From an uncultured Candidatus Saccharibacteria bacterium (lineage in GTDB: Bacteria > Patescibacteriota > Minisyncoccia > Phycocordibacterales > CAIZLB01), in the NCBI GenBank assembly GCA_964367655.1, contig CAYIYJ010000003.1, positions 3,041 to 61,714 on the forward strand: a stretch of DNA of 58,674 nucleotides. Direction: 5' to 3'. The translations under genes were made by a program, and so were the position numbers. Positions 36,209 to 45,994 of the stretch are shown in pieces (positions within the stretch are counted from its first letter, which is position 1; each line of letters starts with the position of its first letter). A model generated the notes under the pieces. That model was not told the DNA's origin, ran no database searches, and saw nothing but the letters and a program-made list of their open reading frames with translations.

Positions 36209-37015
36209 ATGAATATTCTCAGCTGGAATGTGAACGGCATAAGGTCTATACAAAGAAAAGACTTGTTTCAAGGGCTGTTTCAGCCAGGATTTGGAGAGTT
36301 TTATGGACTAGAGGGTAAGAAACTCGATATTATAGGGCTTCAGGAGACAAAAGCTGTATACTCAGAGCTCGACAGTCTCTTTTTCCCTGAAGGTTATAAT
36401 GTTTATCATAATTCTGCGACAGAAAAGAAGGGTTACAGTGGTACTGTGTTGTTGGTATCTAAGGACATAGACTCGAAACCTGTTCTTGTGGATGTTACAT
36501 ATGAAACCCTGAATACTGAGGGAAGGGTGGTTGCAATAGAATTAACTCAATTCATACTGATAAACTGTTATTTTCCAAATGGTGGGGGAAAACCAGAACG
36601 TTTGGAGTACAAGCTTAAGTTTTACGAAGAGTTCAGGCTTTTTTGTAGAGATTTGGCCAAGAAACATAAAAAACCTATTATTTTTCTAGGAGATCTTAAC
36701 ATTGCACATGAGCCAATAGACCTTGCTCGACCAAAAGAGAATGAAAAGCATGTAGGTTTCCTTCCTGTTGAACGTCAGATGTTAGATACTGTCCTAAATG
36801 ATGGTTTTTTGGACATATATAGAGAAAAATACCCTGATAAGGTTGCTTATACATGGTGGGATATGAAAACTAGAAGTCGGGATAGGGATATAGGTTGGAG
36901 AATAGATGCTTTCTATGTTCAAAAGGGTCTTGAGGGTAAAATTGAAGACGTTTTCATCCTTAAGGAGGTAAAAGGTTCAGATCACTGTCCAGTGCTTCTA
37001 GTTGTTAATGCGTAA
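36209..37015 (+). CDS. xth: Exodeoxyribonuclease III (AP endonuclease)
   Basis: ILSWNVNGIRS, LQETK, GDLNIAH, SDHCPV. Confidence 0.9.
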   Translation: MNILSWNVNGIRSIQRKDLFQGLFQPGFGEFYGLEGKKLDIIGLQETKAVYSELDSLFFPEGYNVYHNSATEKKGYSGTVLLVSKDIDSKPVLVDVTYETLNTEGRVVAIELTQFILINCYFPNGGGKPERLEYKLKFYEEFRLFCRDLAKKHKKPIIFLGDLNIAHEPIDLARPKENEKHVGFLPVERQMLDTVLNDGFLDIYREKYPDKVAYTWWDMKTRSRDRDIGWRIDAFYVQKGLEGKIEDVFILKEVKGSDHCPVLLVVNA

Positions 37016-37035
37016 GGGAAGATATTATTTGCTGG

Positions 37036-38517
37036 TTAGCGCACCTTATATGAGCCTCGAATCTTTTTTATCTTGTTTTCATGCTCTACATGTTTCGCGT
37101 GTAACGCTTTTACATATAATTCCTCTATTTCAACCTCAGGTAGCTGTAAGATTTCTTTAGTTTTTGCTAGTAGGGAGTCCTCGGTGTTAAGTTTTGGATT
37201 TTCAAGGCAGATATCAAGTAGTATGTGTAACACTTTACCAATCATAGGTCCCGGTTTCATATGTAACTTATCTATAAGCTCTGTTCCACCTATTTTCAGC
37301 ATCGATACATCTGTAGGGTCTGCAAGAACCTCCTCAATAAGAGACATGTACTTCCTTAGACGATAAGGGTCTTCTTTAGGTCTACCTGTTCCGATACGGT
37401 CACACATTCTAAGGTTTATAAGATCCCATATGTTATCTTTTCCAACATTTGCGATCATTCTGCGAACTGCAGAGTGGGTTATTTGGTCAGTATCAGAGAA
37501 AAACATGTGCCAACGAACGAGTCTGACTACTTTTTCGACTGTTTCATGTGAAAACTTTAGGTCGTTTAGTATGTTTTTTGTTATTTTTGCACCAACTACT
37601 TCGTGACCATAGAACGTATAATCATTGTTTTCTTCAGACCAGCGTCTTGTTGGGGGTTTACCGATGTCGTGTAACAAGGCTGCTAAGCGTAGCTCTAAGG
37701 ACATGTTTTTGTCAGCTGCATGCTGCATACTCCTTACTAGGTGTTCATATACTACATATTCATGTGATCCATTTTGTTTTACACCCACCGCCTCCTGTAG
37801 GTGTTTTGACAGGTAGGGTAGTATCTCAACCTTCTCCATGTACATAAAAGCAGGTGCTGGGTTTTTAGACATCAGCATCTTCACGAACTCGTCATGTATA
37901 CGTTCTTTTGATACTTTGGCCAGTATATCTTTACAATCAAATGCTGCTTGCAAGGTGGCAGGGTCTATCATGAATTCTAGTTGAGATACGAAACGAAAAA
38001 GTCTCATTATCCGGAGTCCGTCCTCTGAAAATCTGTCTTTTGGTGTTCCTACAGCACGGATTAATCTGTCCTTTATGTCTTTTTGTCCATTAAAAGGGTC
38101 AACAAATGTCTTTGACAGGGGGTTGTATGCAATAGCGTTTATAGAAAAGTCTCTTCGCCCTAGATCGTCTTCAATGTTTCTGCTGAAACATACAGTATCC
38201 GGCCTACGTCCGTCGCTGTAACCTGTCTCTGTTCTGAAAGGTGTTACTTCGATAACACCGATAGGGGTTTTAACGCCAACTGTACCAAAATCGTTTTCAT
38301 AGAAAGATTCTGGAAACACAGCCTGTATCTCTTCTGGGTTGGCTGAGGTGCATATATCCCAGTCTTTGGGTGTCTTTCCCATTAACAAATCTCTAACGCA
38401 GCCACCGACCATGTATGACTCAAAAGAGGCCTTTGTCAGGCCTTTGAGAACCTCAATAACTTCGGCAGGGAAATCAAAGTCTAAGGGTTTGTTTTTTAAG
38501 GTGTTTGGTGTTATCAT
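37036..38517 (-). CDS. cca: CCA-adding tRNA nucleotidyltransferase with HD domain (maximal ORF to 38679 would overlap the tRNAs)
   Basis: GGCVRDLLMGKTPKDWDI, RRDFSINA, HD motif LLHDIGKP. ATG 38517 gives MITPNTLKNK... Confidence 0.88.
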   Translation of the reverse strand: MITPNTLKNKPLDFDFPAEVIEVLKGLTKASFESYMVGGCVRDLLMGKTPKDWDICTSANPEEIQAVFPESFYENDFGTVGVKTPIGVIEVTPFRTETGYSDGRRPDTVCFSRNIEDDLGRRDFSINAIAYNPLSKTFVDPFNGQKDIKDRLIRAVGTPKDRFSEDGLRIMRLFRFVSQLEFMIDPATLQAAFDCKDILAKVSKERIHDEFVKMLMSKNPAPAFMYMEKVEILPYLSKHLQEAVGVKQNGSHEYVVYEHLVRSMQHAADKNMSLELRLAALLHDIGKPPTRRWSEENNDYTFYGHEVVGAKITKNILNDLKFSHETVEKVVRLVRWHMFFSDTDQITHSAVRRMIANVGKDNIWDLINLRMCDRIGTGRPKEDPYRLRKYMSLIEEVLADPTDVSMLKIGGTELIDKLHMKPGPMIGKVLHILLDICLENPKLNTEDSLLAKTKEILQLPEVEIEELYVKALHAKHVEHENKIKKIRGSYKVR

Positions 38518-38564
38518 GAGGTTTAAGTTACTTGAAATATAATACTTTTCGAGTAAAATTGAAA

Positions 38565-38636
38565 GCACCCATGGTGAAATGGATATCACATCGGTCTTCG
38601 GAACCGTTGTTCTAGGTTCGAGTCCTGGTGGGTGCA
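38565..38636 (+). tRNA. tRNA-Arg (TCG), no encoded CCA
   Basis: Acceptor GCACCCA/TGGGTGC, anticodon stem TCGGT/ACCGT with loop CTTCGGA, T-arm CTAGG-TTCGAGT-CCTGG, discriminator A. Confidence 0.85.
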
Positions 38637-38642
38637 CAAGAA

Positions 38643-38713
38643 GCGGGATTGGTTTAGTGGTAGAATACGTCCTTGCCAAGGATGAGACAAGAGTTCGATT
38701 CTCTTATCCCGCA
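38643..38713 (+). tRNA. tRNA-Gly (GCC), no encoded CCA
   Basis: Acceptor GCGGGAT/ATCCCGC, anticodon loop TTGCCAA, T-arm AAGAG-TTCGATT-CTCTT. Confidence 0.88.
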
Positions 38714-39001
38714 CTACTATAGCTGTCTTTTTGACTATGTTGGATAGGTGAAGTGTCTTTATGTATAAGGGTGTACGGAGAATGTCTCTCTGTGTAAGTG
38801 TTTTACTGTACAGTGCTCTAAACGACACCTCTTAAAATGTCTATAAAATGTGGATAACTTTGGGGATATGTGTATAAAAGACAAATAATAATATGACTTA
38901 TATTTATTTTCAATTAGATTTCCTGTTTTATCTTTATAATATAAGCTAGAATCGCTAATGTTTTTCTTTAACTTTTATTTTATATAAACATATGTCGTTG
39001 A

Positions 39002-39472
39002 ATGTACTATATGCTTATGTACACAGCTCAAGCATATAAAACCAAAAAAGAAATAGGTAGGGCAGGAGAGTCTTTTATTAAAAACTTTCTTATAAGTCGA
39101 GGGTATACGGTGTATAAGACAAATATAACTCGTTGGGGCAGTGAGATTGATCTAGTTGTATACAAACTCGACCATGTCTCTAATAGACTGGAAATACGAC
39201 TTGTTGAAGTGAAAACAAGATCTTCTGGTTTTGAAAAAACTGAAGATTTGGCAGATCTTAGCTACTTCAAGGTTGAACATAAGGTTCGGAAATATAAAGC
39301 TTTATGCGTGGATCTGGGGGAGAGTATTGTGAGGGAGTTAGCTTCTGATTCTGTAAAGATTCACATAAGAAGTCATATAGATTTGGCGATTGTACGGTAT
39401 CAGTTATCAAACAAAGGAGTGGTTGAGCCTTATCTTAAAAAATACATCCAAAACGTTAATTTGTTAATATAG
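39002..39472 (+). CDS. YraN/UPF0102-family endonuclease-like protein
   Basis: GRAGESFIKNFLISRGYTVYKTNITRWGSEIDLVVYK...LVEVKTRS follows the YraN pattern (G..GE..A..L...G......N.....GEIDL....-FVEVK.R). Confidence 0.65.
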   Translation: MYYMLMYTAQAYKTKKEIGRAGESFIKNFLISRGYTVYKTNITRWGSEIDLVVYKLDHVSNRLEIRLVEVKTRSSGFEKTEDLADLSYFKVEHKVRKYKALCVDLGESIVRELASDSVKIHIRSHIDLAIVRYQLSNKGVVEPYLKKYIQNVNLLI

Positions 39473-39497
39473 GTGGCATGTGTTATATTGCTCATAT

Positions 39498-39573
39498 CGG
39501 GGCGTGGTGTAACGGCTAACATGCATCACTTGGGCTGATGTGACTCTGGGTTCGAATCCCAGCGCTCCGACCA
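39498..39573 (+). tRNA. tRNA-Pro (TGG) with encoded CCA
   Basis: C1-G72 acceptor CGGGGCG/CGCTCCG with A73 (bacterial tRNA-Pro identity features), anticodon loop CTTGGGC, T-arm CTGGG-TTCGAAT-CCCAG, CCA. Confidence 0.88.
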
Positions 39574-39612
39574 GTATATTATATTGTTCAATTCTGCTAT
39601 ATTCTCAGATGT

Positions 39613-40698
39613 CTAGTTTTTTACGATATTCAAATCGATAAGGGTTTTTCTTGTATTTTCTTCAAGGATTGCTGTGAGTTTTTGGTTTTTTAAGATTGAA
39701 TATACAGAAACATCAACTTTGTTTTGTGATAAAATTTCTTTTATTAGAGGTGAGTATGTCTCAGACTGTTGAGTTCTAATACTTGCCAATTCGTTGTCGA
39801 GCACATCAAACACGTGTCTCATTGTTACAATCCGAACAATCTGAGGTCTCGTATCTTTTATCAGAATACTAGAAAGACCAGTTAAAGAATGGGTTGTATC
39901 AATACTTAGCATCATCCCTCCAGAAGATCCATGATCAACATAGGTTGAGCCGATTGCATCAAGTAAGCTGTCATTTTTTCCAAGTGTAGGGCTTTGATAT
40001 ATATCACCGATCTCAACTTTGTCTTTTTTCCGATATAGAGGCGAGTAGATCGATAATGATAGGGTTTTTTGTGCAGGGTATGAATATATGAAATGAGACG
40101 TGTTACTGTAATAGCTTGGTTTGTAGTCAGATATTTTGATGTATAGCTTAGGTCTGAAAACCTGGTATATATTTGTTTTCGTCTTTGTTTTCTTTACGAT
40201 ACGAGATGCCTCAATCAGTGCAAAGTCGTATTCACCGGTTGAGCTTTGATCAGGATCGCCTATAACATATGTATCGTTTGCCCCAAGCCAGTGACTGGGT
40301 ATGTATCTAAGAGTCAGCTTGTGTGTGGTAGCTGCAGGGCTACCTGTGCGCCCAACGCAACTCTTTTTACTATCGAGTAGGTGTCGAGCCACATGTGCGT
40401 TTGTAAGGATAATGTTGTCATTGTTGTCAGGGTCTGTAAGAAAAACTCCACTACCACTAATTGCCTTAACGTAAGTTTTACCTTTTTCTGTACAAAAGAT
40501 GTTTAAGGTGTAGTCTTCTATTATCTTATCCTCAGAACTCTTGATACTTGTAGTTTTTGATACTGCAGCCTGGTTGATTCCTGGTATGGATGGTAGGTAT
40601 AGAGTGTTTCTTGCTGTATATAAAACACCACATAGTATAAACAAAAGACATATCAACAGTGTGTGTATGTGTGGCTGTACCTGCTTGAATAAATGCAT
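39613..40698 (-). CDS. Membrane-anchored trypsin-like (S1) serine protease
   Basis: N-terminal TM helix; catalytic-triad contexts TNAHV, DFALIE, GSSGG. Confidence 0.75.
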   Translation of the reverse strand: MHLFKQVQPHIHTLLICLLFILCGVLYTARNTLYLPSIPGINQAAVSKTTSIKSSEDKIIEDYTLNIFCTEKGKTYVKAISGSGVFLTDPDNNDNIILTNAHVARHLLDSKKSCVGRTGSPAATTHKLTLRYIPSHWLGANDTYVIGDPDQSSTGEYDFALIEASRIVKKTKTKTNIYQVFRPKLYIKISDYKPSYYSNTSHFIYSYPAQKTLSLSIYSPLYRKKDKVEIGDIYQSPTLGKNDSLLDAIGSTYVDHGSSGGMMLSIDTTHSLTGLSSILIKDTRPQIVRIVTMRHVFDVLDNELASIRTQQSETYSPLIKEILSQNKVDVSVYSILKNQKLTAILEENTRKTLIDLNIVKN

Positions 40699-40734
40699 AT
40701 AATTTGCTACTATTATAGCAGATTTAATCTAGAA

Positions 40735-40805
40735 GCGGGATTGGTTTAGTGGTAGAATGACTGCCTTCCAAGCAGTAGACAAGAGTTCGATTCTCTTATC
40801 CCGCA
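40735..40805 (+). tRNA. tRNA-Gly (TCC), no encoded CCA
   Basis: Acceptor, D-arm and T-arm are identical to tRNA-Gly(GCC) at 38643; anticodon stem ACTGC/GCAGT with loop CTTCCAA. Confidence 0.88.
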
Positions 40806-40821
40806 CATGATGTACAAAAAT

Positions 40822-40852
40822 AAAAACCTCTGTAGTAGAGGTTTTTATTTTT
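40822..40852. terminator. Bidirectional terminator shared by tRNA-Gly (+) and hup (-)
   Basis: AAAAACCTCT-gtagt-AGAGGTTTTT, with A/T runs on both sides. Confidence 0.7.
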
Positions 40853-40879
40853 TTGCTGTCAGAAGTCTGTTTCGCAGTA

Positions 40880-41152
40880 CTACTTAACCGCATCTTTGAA
40901 AGCTTTTGCTGCTCGAAACTTTGGAACGTTTGTTGCTGGAACCTTAACACTTGCTCCTGTTTTTGGGTTTCGTGCCATACGTGCAGCACGTTTTTTCACT
41001 GAGAAGATACCTAGTCCTGCAATAGAAACTTCGTCACCTTTTTTAAGAGTTGAGATAATACTGTCTACAACAAGATCTACAACTGACTCTGCTTGTACTT
41101 TTGTTGTACCTAAGAGATCGTTAACTTTATCTACAAGGGCTGCTTTATTCAT
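40880..41152 (-). CDS. hup: HU-family DNA-binding protein
   Basis: MNKAALVDKV...GDEVSIAGLGIFSVKKRAARMARNPKTGASVKVPATNVPKFRAAKAFKDAV. Confidence 0.95.
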   Translation of the reverse strand: MNKAALVDKVNDLLGTTKVQAESVVDLVVDSIISTLKKGDEVSIAGLGIFSVKKRAARMARNPKTGASVKVPATNVPKFRAAKAFKDAVK

Positions 41153-41276
41153 AATTGTTTAAATTCTTATTTATTTATAAATAATCAAATTCTGTATTAC
41201 CGAAGTAATAACTCAATTCTAGGCATAAAACGTATATTTTGCAAGCTTTTTTACGTGTTAATTACCAGAACATGTA

Positions 41277-41846
41277 CTATATAACTTTGTCAATGATACC
41301 GTATTTTTTAGCATCTTCTGCCTTCATATAGTAGTCTCGATCCATATCTTTTTCTACTTTTGGTAAAGGTTGCCCTGTATTTTTTGCGATCATTTTTGCT
41401 AAAATACTCTTGGTCTCTACAATATGCTTTGCTCGTATCTCTATATCAGATGCCTGTCCCTCAGCCCCACCCAATGGTTGATGAATCATCACTTCAGAAT
41501 TAGGTAATGCAAATCTTTTTCCTTTTGCGCCAGATGATAGGATCATGGCACCCATGGATGCTGCTAGTCCAATACATATAGTTGATACGTTGTTAGGGAT
41601 ATGGTTCATAGTGTCTATAATAGCCAGACCATCAACAACTGTGCCTCCAGGAGAGTTTACATACAGCTTTATGTCCTTTTTAGGATTTTCTGAGGCTAAA
41701 AAGAGTAGCTGTGCTATTACAATGCTTGCAGATTGGTGATTAACCTCACCATTCAAAAACACAATATTATCCTTTAAAAGCCTAGAATATATGTCATAGG
41801 CACGCTCACCTAAAGGTGACTTTTCGATTACTGTTGGTATTAACAT
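41277..41846 (-). CDS. clpP: ATP-dependent Clp protease proteolytic subunit (maximal ORF reaches a TTG at 41867)
   Basis: [31 protein letters not shown], catalytic contexts AASMGA and MIHQP. Confidence 0.95.
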   Translation of the reverse strand: MLIPTVIEKSPLGERAYDIYSRLLKDNIVFLNGEVNHQSASIVIAQLLFLASENPKKDIKLYVNSPGGTVVDGLAIIDTMNHIPNNVSTICIGLAASMGAMILSSGAKGKRFALPNSEVMIHQPLGGAEGQASDIEIRAKHIVETKSILAKMIAKNTGQPLPKVEKDMDRDYYMKAEDAKKYGIIDKVI

Positions 41847-41910
41847 GTTGACCATTATAGCAGACAATGCAAGTTTTGGCTGTTTTCTGTAGAAAGTGTT
41901 ATAAATAGGT

Positions 41911-42609
41911 ATGAAAATACATCGTTTCTACATAAAAGACCTTGATACAACAAGTGATTCTATAAACGACACTGCTATTGTCCATCAAATACACAGTGTT
42001 CTCCGCTACAAGACAGGGGAGCTGCTCAATGTCTTTAATGAAAACATAGGCGAGTGGGAAATAGAGATAAAAGACATACATAAGAAAGCTATACACTTTA
42101 TATATAAAAGACAGATAAAGATAGAGTCGGCTAAAGAAGTCCAATCTAAAAAAACTGTACTATATATGTCTATTATAAAAAATAGTAATTTTGATCTTGT
42201 CGTTGAGAAGGCTGTTGAGTTGGGAGCGACGGAAGTTATACCGGTACTTACAGAGCGAACTATAAAAACAAAGCTAAACATGGAGAGGTTGCAGAAGATT
42301 GCTTTGGAGGCAACGGAACAGTGTGGACGGATTGATCTTATGAAGATAGGGGACATAATGGGGTTACACGATGCTATTGCTCAATCAAAACTATATAGTG
42401 AGCAGGTATTTTTTGGGCATATTAATGACGCAAACATGAATCACCCAGATGTTTCAAAAAGTGACGCTCTTTTTATTGGTCCTGAAGGAGGTTGGTCAGA
42501 AGAAGAAGTCCGGTTATTTACAAAAGAAAACATACTGCCTATAAGTTTAGGACAGTATGTTCTCCGGGCTGAAACAGCTGCTATTGTTGGTATAAGTAAG
42601 ATTATTTAA
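41911..42609 (+). CDS. rsmE: 16S rRNA (uracil1498-N3)-methyltransferase RsmE
   Basis: MKIHRFYI..., C-terminal SPOUT motif [12 protein letters not shown]...[13 protein letters not shown]. Confidence 0.85.
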   Translation: MKIHRFYIKDLDTTSDSINDTAIVHQIHSVLRYKTGELLNVFNENIGEWEIEIKDIHKKAIHFIYKRQIKIESAKEVQSKKTVLYMSIIKNSNFDLVVEKAVELGATEVIPVLTERTIKTKLNMERLQKIALEATEQCGRIDLMKIGDIMGLHDAIAQSKLYSEQVFFGHINDANMNHPDVSKSDALFIGPEGGWSEEEVRLFTKENILPISLGQYVLRAETAAIVGISKII

Positions 42610-43672
42610 TCTCTTCTAGGAATTTCCATACAAGTTGGTTGAGCTCAAATCTCTCCACAAATGCTACAACGTTCTCTTTTGCAGCTGATGGGTGTTGTTT
42701 CATGATGTCTTTAACTTGTTCTTCAACTACCTGTGTATCAGGTTTTATATCTTCTGAGACTGCTATTTTACTTAGTGCAAGTTGTGAACGTACTCTCTTG
42801 TCAGCAACCTCCTTCCTCTCTTCTCGTAGTTCTGTTTCTGACTTGTTAATCTGTTTCAGATAATCTTCAAGTGTAGAACCCATACGAGCAAGATCTGCGC
42901 GTAACTCTTCGATAAGAATACCTTGTTCTGATGTTAGGAAGAATTCCGGGTACTCAATCTTTGAATCGGCGATGATTGCATCTATCAGTTCAATGCGTGA
43001 TTTTTCAGTCGCTTTTTGTTTTTTTCCACCTTCAATATTTTCTTTTACAGCAGCACGAACATCGTCAACTGTTTTAAAATTCGGTCCTACTTTTTTTGCA
43101 AAATCTTCATCTAAAGCTGCGGGCTCTAGATCGCCATGTGAATGGTCACTGTGGTTGTGTGTTGCATGATAGTTCATGTGAGCAACTTGTTTTCGAAGAT
43201 CAAGCATCATGGCTTCAATCTCTTCTTCTGTTGCTGTTATATCAGAAGTTTCATCTTTTTTTGAATTATGTTTCTTAGATATTTTTTTATAATCAGCGAT
43301 ATCTATAACAGGGGGTATTGCAAATGAAATCTCTAACTCTATATCTGTATCAGCGGCAAGTTTTGTTATTGTGATCTGAGGTTGATTTATAGGCATCTGC
43401 TTACTCTCGAGTATGATCTCTGAGTAAATGTCGTCGATTGCTAAGCGAGCAGCTTCTTCGGTGATTGAAAGCTCTCCTACTTTTTCAACAAGTATTTTTT
43501 CAGGAATATGTCCAGGTCTAAAACCATCTAGTTTTATCTGTTCTCCGAGAGATGTTAATGCTTTGGTTCTGTGCTCAAGAACTGTTTCTTTTGGAAGAAC
43601 GATCTCAAGAGTAACTTCACAAGGCTTTGTATTTTTTGTATGTTTCAGTTTGTATGTTTTTTTTGCAGACAT
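42602..43672 (-). CDS. tig: Trigger factor lacking the FKBP PPIase domain
   Basis: N-terminal ribosome-binding motif GFRPGHIPEKIL and C-terminal arm region are present. The PPIase position holds a short His-rich segment (HMNYHATHNHSDHSHG). 356 aa. Confidence 0.8.
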   Translation of the reverse strand: MSAKKTYKLKHTKNTKPCEVTLEIVLPKETVLEHRTKALTSLGEQIKLDGFRPGHIPEKILVEKVGELSITEEAARLAIDDIYSEIILESKQMPINQPQITITKLAADTDIELEISFAIPPVIDIADYKKISKKHNSKKDETSDITATEEEIEAMMLDLRKQVAHMNYHATHNHSDHSHGDLEPAALDEDFAKKVGPNFKTVDDVRAAVKENIEGGKKQKATEKSRIELIDAIIADSKIEYPEFFLTSEQGILIEELRADLARMGSTLEDYLKQINKSETELREERKEVADKRVRSQLALSKIAVSEDIKPDTQVVEEQVKDIMKQHPSAAKENVVAFVERFELNQLVWKFLEEIK

Positions 43673-43697
43673 AATATGTTGTATATGATTCAGGTTT

Positions 43698-44624
43698 TTA
43701 ATTTGGTAATCGTAGTGAAGGTATAATCTGTTTTTTTCTTGAAACTATTCCAGGCAACACTTCAATGTCTTTCTCAGCTGTTATTCCAAATGATGTAGAG
43801 ATTACATCTTTAGTAAACTGATTGTATGTAAGTACTGTTGATTCTTCGTTTAGTATATCTACCACGAAGAACAGAACATCATCAACATCATCTTCTGATG
43901 ATAGGATCTCAGAGATTGCTTGGATGATTCCATCTTTACGATTCAATACTGATGAAGGATTAGTTGTTTCTACTACAGAAACTCGTATGTTTTTATCTCC
44001 CAAAGGACTTTTTTTACTATCGAGATGAACTAATCCGATATCTGTAAAATCTGATATGTCTGATTTAGCAGCAAACATTTCTTGAGCATACGTTTCCACT
44101 TCAAGATTTAGTTTTTTTGCTAAGGTTTCTGCAACGTGTTTATCGTGAGGTGTTGTTGTGGGTGATCGAAAGGCTAATGTGTCAGACAGAATACAAGAAA
44201 GTAAAAGTCCTGCAACTGAGTCTGGTAGTGTTTCAGTGTGTGAACCCATAAGATCATACATAACAGTTGCTGTTGACGCTACAGGGCGAAGAGTCATGTC
44301 TATAGGTTTTCTTGTTTGAATACCTCCAGCAAGCATGTGATGGTCGATTATTTGTATAATGTTTGCATCTGCAATTCCGGGAAGTAATTCCTGTGGATTG
44401 TTTGTGTCTACAATAATAACGTCGTCACTTGTAGTAATCGATTCTAGAAGTGCAGGTTCCTCAAACCCCCATCTCTTCAAAACAAACAGAGTTTCCTTGT
44501 TGAGTGCACCTAACACAAACGGTGTTGCGTTGGTTGATGCATGAGTATTTAGATACCATGCCCATAATATCGCACTTACTGTAGCGTCTGTATCAGGTGA
44601 TATGTGTCCAAAAACTTTAATCAT
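43698..44624 (-). CDS. ppaC: Family II (DHH) manganese-dependent inorganic pyrophosphatase
   Basis: VFGHISPDTDATVSAI, VDTNN, IIDHH, C-terminal DHHA2-like region; 308 aa. Confidence 0.85.
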   Translation of the reverse strand: MIKVFGHISPDTDATVSAILWAWYLNTHASTNATPFVLGALNKETLFVLKRWGFEEPALLESITTSDDVIIVDTNNPQELLPGIADANIIQIIDHHMLAGGIQTRKPIDMTLRPVASTATVMYDLMGSHTETLPDSVAGLLLSCILSDTLAFRSPTTTPHDKHVAETLAKKLNLEVETYAQEMFAAKSDISDFTDIGLVHLDSKKSPLGDKNIRVSVVETTNPSSVLNRKDGIIQAISEILSSEDDVDDVLFFVVDILNEESTVLTYNQFTKDVISTSFGITAEKDIEVLPGIVSRKKQIIPSLRLPN

Positions 44625-44649
44625 ATGTTGTGTGTTAATGATGTAATTA

Positions 44650-45813
44650 TTAATTTTCTTCAGACTCTTCTCCTTGTTCGTTCGGTACTGATTTTATATC
44701 AATTCTCCAACCTGTAAGTTTTGCAGCAAGGCGTACGTTCTGTCCTCCTTTTCCAATAGCTAGTGACTGTTGATCTTCTGTTACCACAGCATGAGCTGTT
44801 TTGTTTTCTTCATCAATATCAACTCCGAGTATGTATGCAGGTGCTAGAGATTTTTCAATAAATTCAGCAAGGTCTTCTGACCATTCGATGATATCAATAC
44901 CTTCTCCGTTTAATTCATTTCGTACAACGTTTACTCGTGATCCTCTTTGTCCAACCATAGCTCCGACAGGATCGATACCGTGACCTTGTACTGCTATCTT
45001 TGATCGAGTACCGGCTTCTCGTGCGATTGATTTTATCTCAACTGTACCAGCTGCGATCTCAGGTACTTCGAGTGTAAATAGTTTTTCTAAGAATTTTGGA
45101 TGTGATCGAGATAGTCTTAAGAATACTCCACGTCCTGTCTCTTCAACTTGTAATAGATAAGCTCGAATGCGTTCACCTTGCTTGAATCGTTCACTTTTTA
45201 TCTGTTCATCATAAGGAATAACGCCAACTGCTTTTCCTACATCAAGAAAGATTGAACCTCTCTCTACTCGCTCTACTGTTCCAGCGATGATCTCACCCTC
45301 TTTACTTCCGAATTCACCAAGAAGGTTAACTTTCTCAGCTTCTCGAATCTTCTGCATAATTACCTGTTTTGCTGTTTGAGCTGCGATACGTCCGAAATCA
45401 TCCTTGTATTCTAGAGGGAAAACAAGTTCTTCACCTACAACAACATCTCTTTTTATCTTCTGAGCATCTGCAAGAAGTATGTGCTGGTCGTCATTGAATC
45501 GAATCTTTTGAGCTAATTCTTCTTGAGTTTGATATGAAAGCTCTACACCATTATTTCTGTCTTGCTTTATTTTTTCAATCTCTTCATCAGTAAGAATCTC
45601 ATCTGGAGATACAACTATCTTAGCTTGAAAAAACTCAGTCTTTCCAGAGTTGATATCAAAGTTGGCTTTGATGATCTGAGCTCTTCGACCGTGCTCTTTT
45701 TTATATGCTGTTGCTAAGGCAGAACCAATAGCCTCGATGACTTTTGCCCGAGGTATGTTTCGCTCTTCTTCTAAGTTGTCTAATACAATATGTATCGCTT
45801 TTAAATCAAACAT
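44650..45813 (-). CDS. nusA: Transcription termination/antitermination factor NusA (maximal ORF to 45915)
   Basis: N-domain LEEERNIPRAKVIEAIGSALATAYKK, S1 domain GEIIAGTVERVERGSIFLDVG, KH domains GQRGSRV and IGKGGQNVRLAAKLTGWRIDI. Confidence 0.93.
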   Translation of the reverse strand: MFDLKAIHIVLDNLEEERNIPRAKVIEAIGSALATAYKKEHGRRAQIIKANFDINSGKTEFFQAKIVVSPDEILTDEEIEKIKQDRNNGVELSYQTQEELAQKIRFNDDQHILLADAQKIKRDVVVGEELVFPLEYKDDFGRIAAQTAKQVIMQKIREAEKVNLLGEFGSKEGEIIAGTVERVERGSIFLDVGKAVGVIPYDEQIKSERFKQGERIRAYLLQVEETGRGVFLRLSRSHPKFLEKLFTLEVPEIAAGTVEIKSIAREAGTRSKIAVQGHGIDPVGAMVGQRGSRVNVVRNELNGEGIDIIEWSEDLAEFIEKSLAPAYILGVDIDEENKTAHAVVTEDQQSLAIGKGGQNVRLAAKLTGWRIDIKSVPNEQGEESEEN

Positions 45814-45994
45814 GGTGAATATTATGTTTAGTGTTAGTAAATATAAAGAGAGCCTCTTCGGTAGAAGAAAAGACCGCGTTCTCGAAAGAAGCGATCTTCT
45901 CAAAATCAGTTTCACTGATTTATTTAGACTATCTGTATGTGTGATATACTATCAGATATAGATAAAAAGTCAAACCTAATATAAAATATATATC

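Noticed and set aside
38586-38828. 80-aa minus-strand ORF, plus a similar 86-aa ORF at 40729-40989; both contain DKRIELLS…ILPLNQSRF
   Set aside because: Both are antisense read-through of the tRNA-Gly (and tRNA-Arg) genes. The shared peptide simply reflects the identical tRNA arms.
38849-38857. Isolated perfect DnaA box TGTGGATAA, plus a TGTGGATAT at 30555-30563 in a divergent promoter region
   Set aside because: Single 9-mers are expected by chance in an AT-rich genome. There is no clustering or adjacent AT-rich unwinding element, so they are not treated as origins. DnaA-dependent regulation cannot be excluded.
45814-45994. 180-nt nusA-pilB divergent intergenic region with small hairpins (CTTC-ggta-GAAG, TTCT-cgaa-AGAA) as a possible nusA leader or attenuator; also the absence of rimP upstream of nusA
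   Set aside because: The hairpins are short and unremarkable. The 65-aa ORF at 45929-46126 looks spurious (F/L/I/Y-rich). rimP may simply lie elsewhere. Nothing can be supported beyond divergent promoters.
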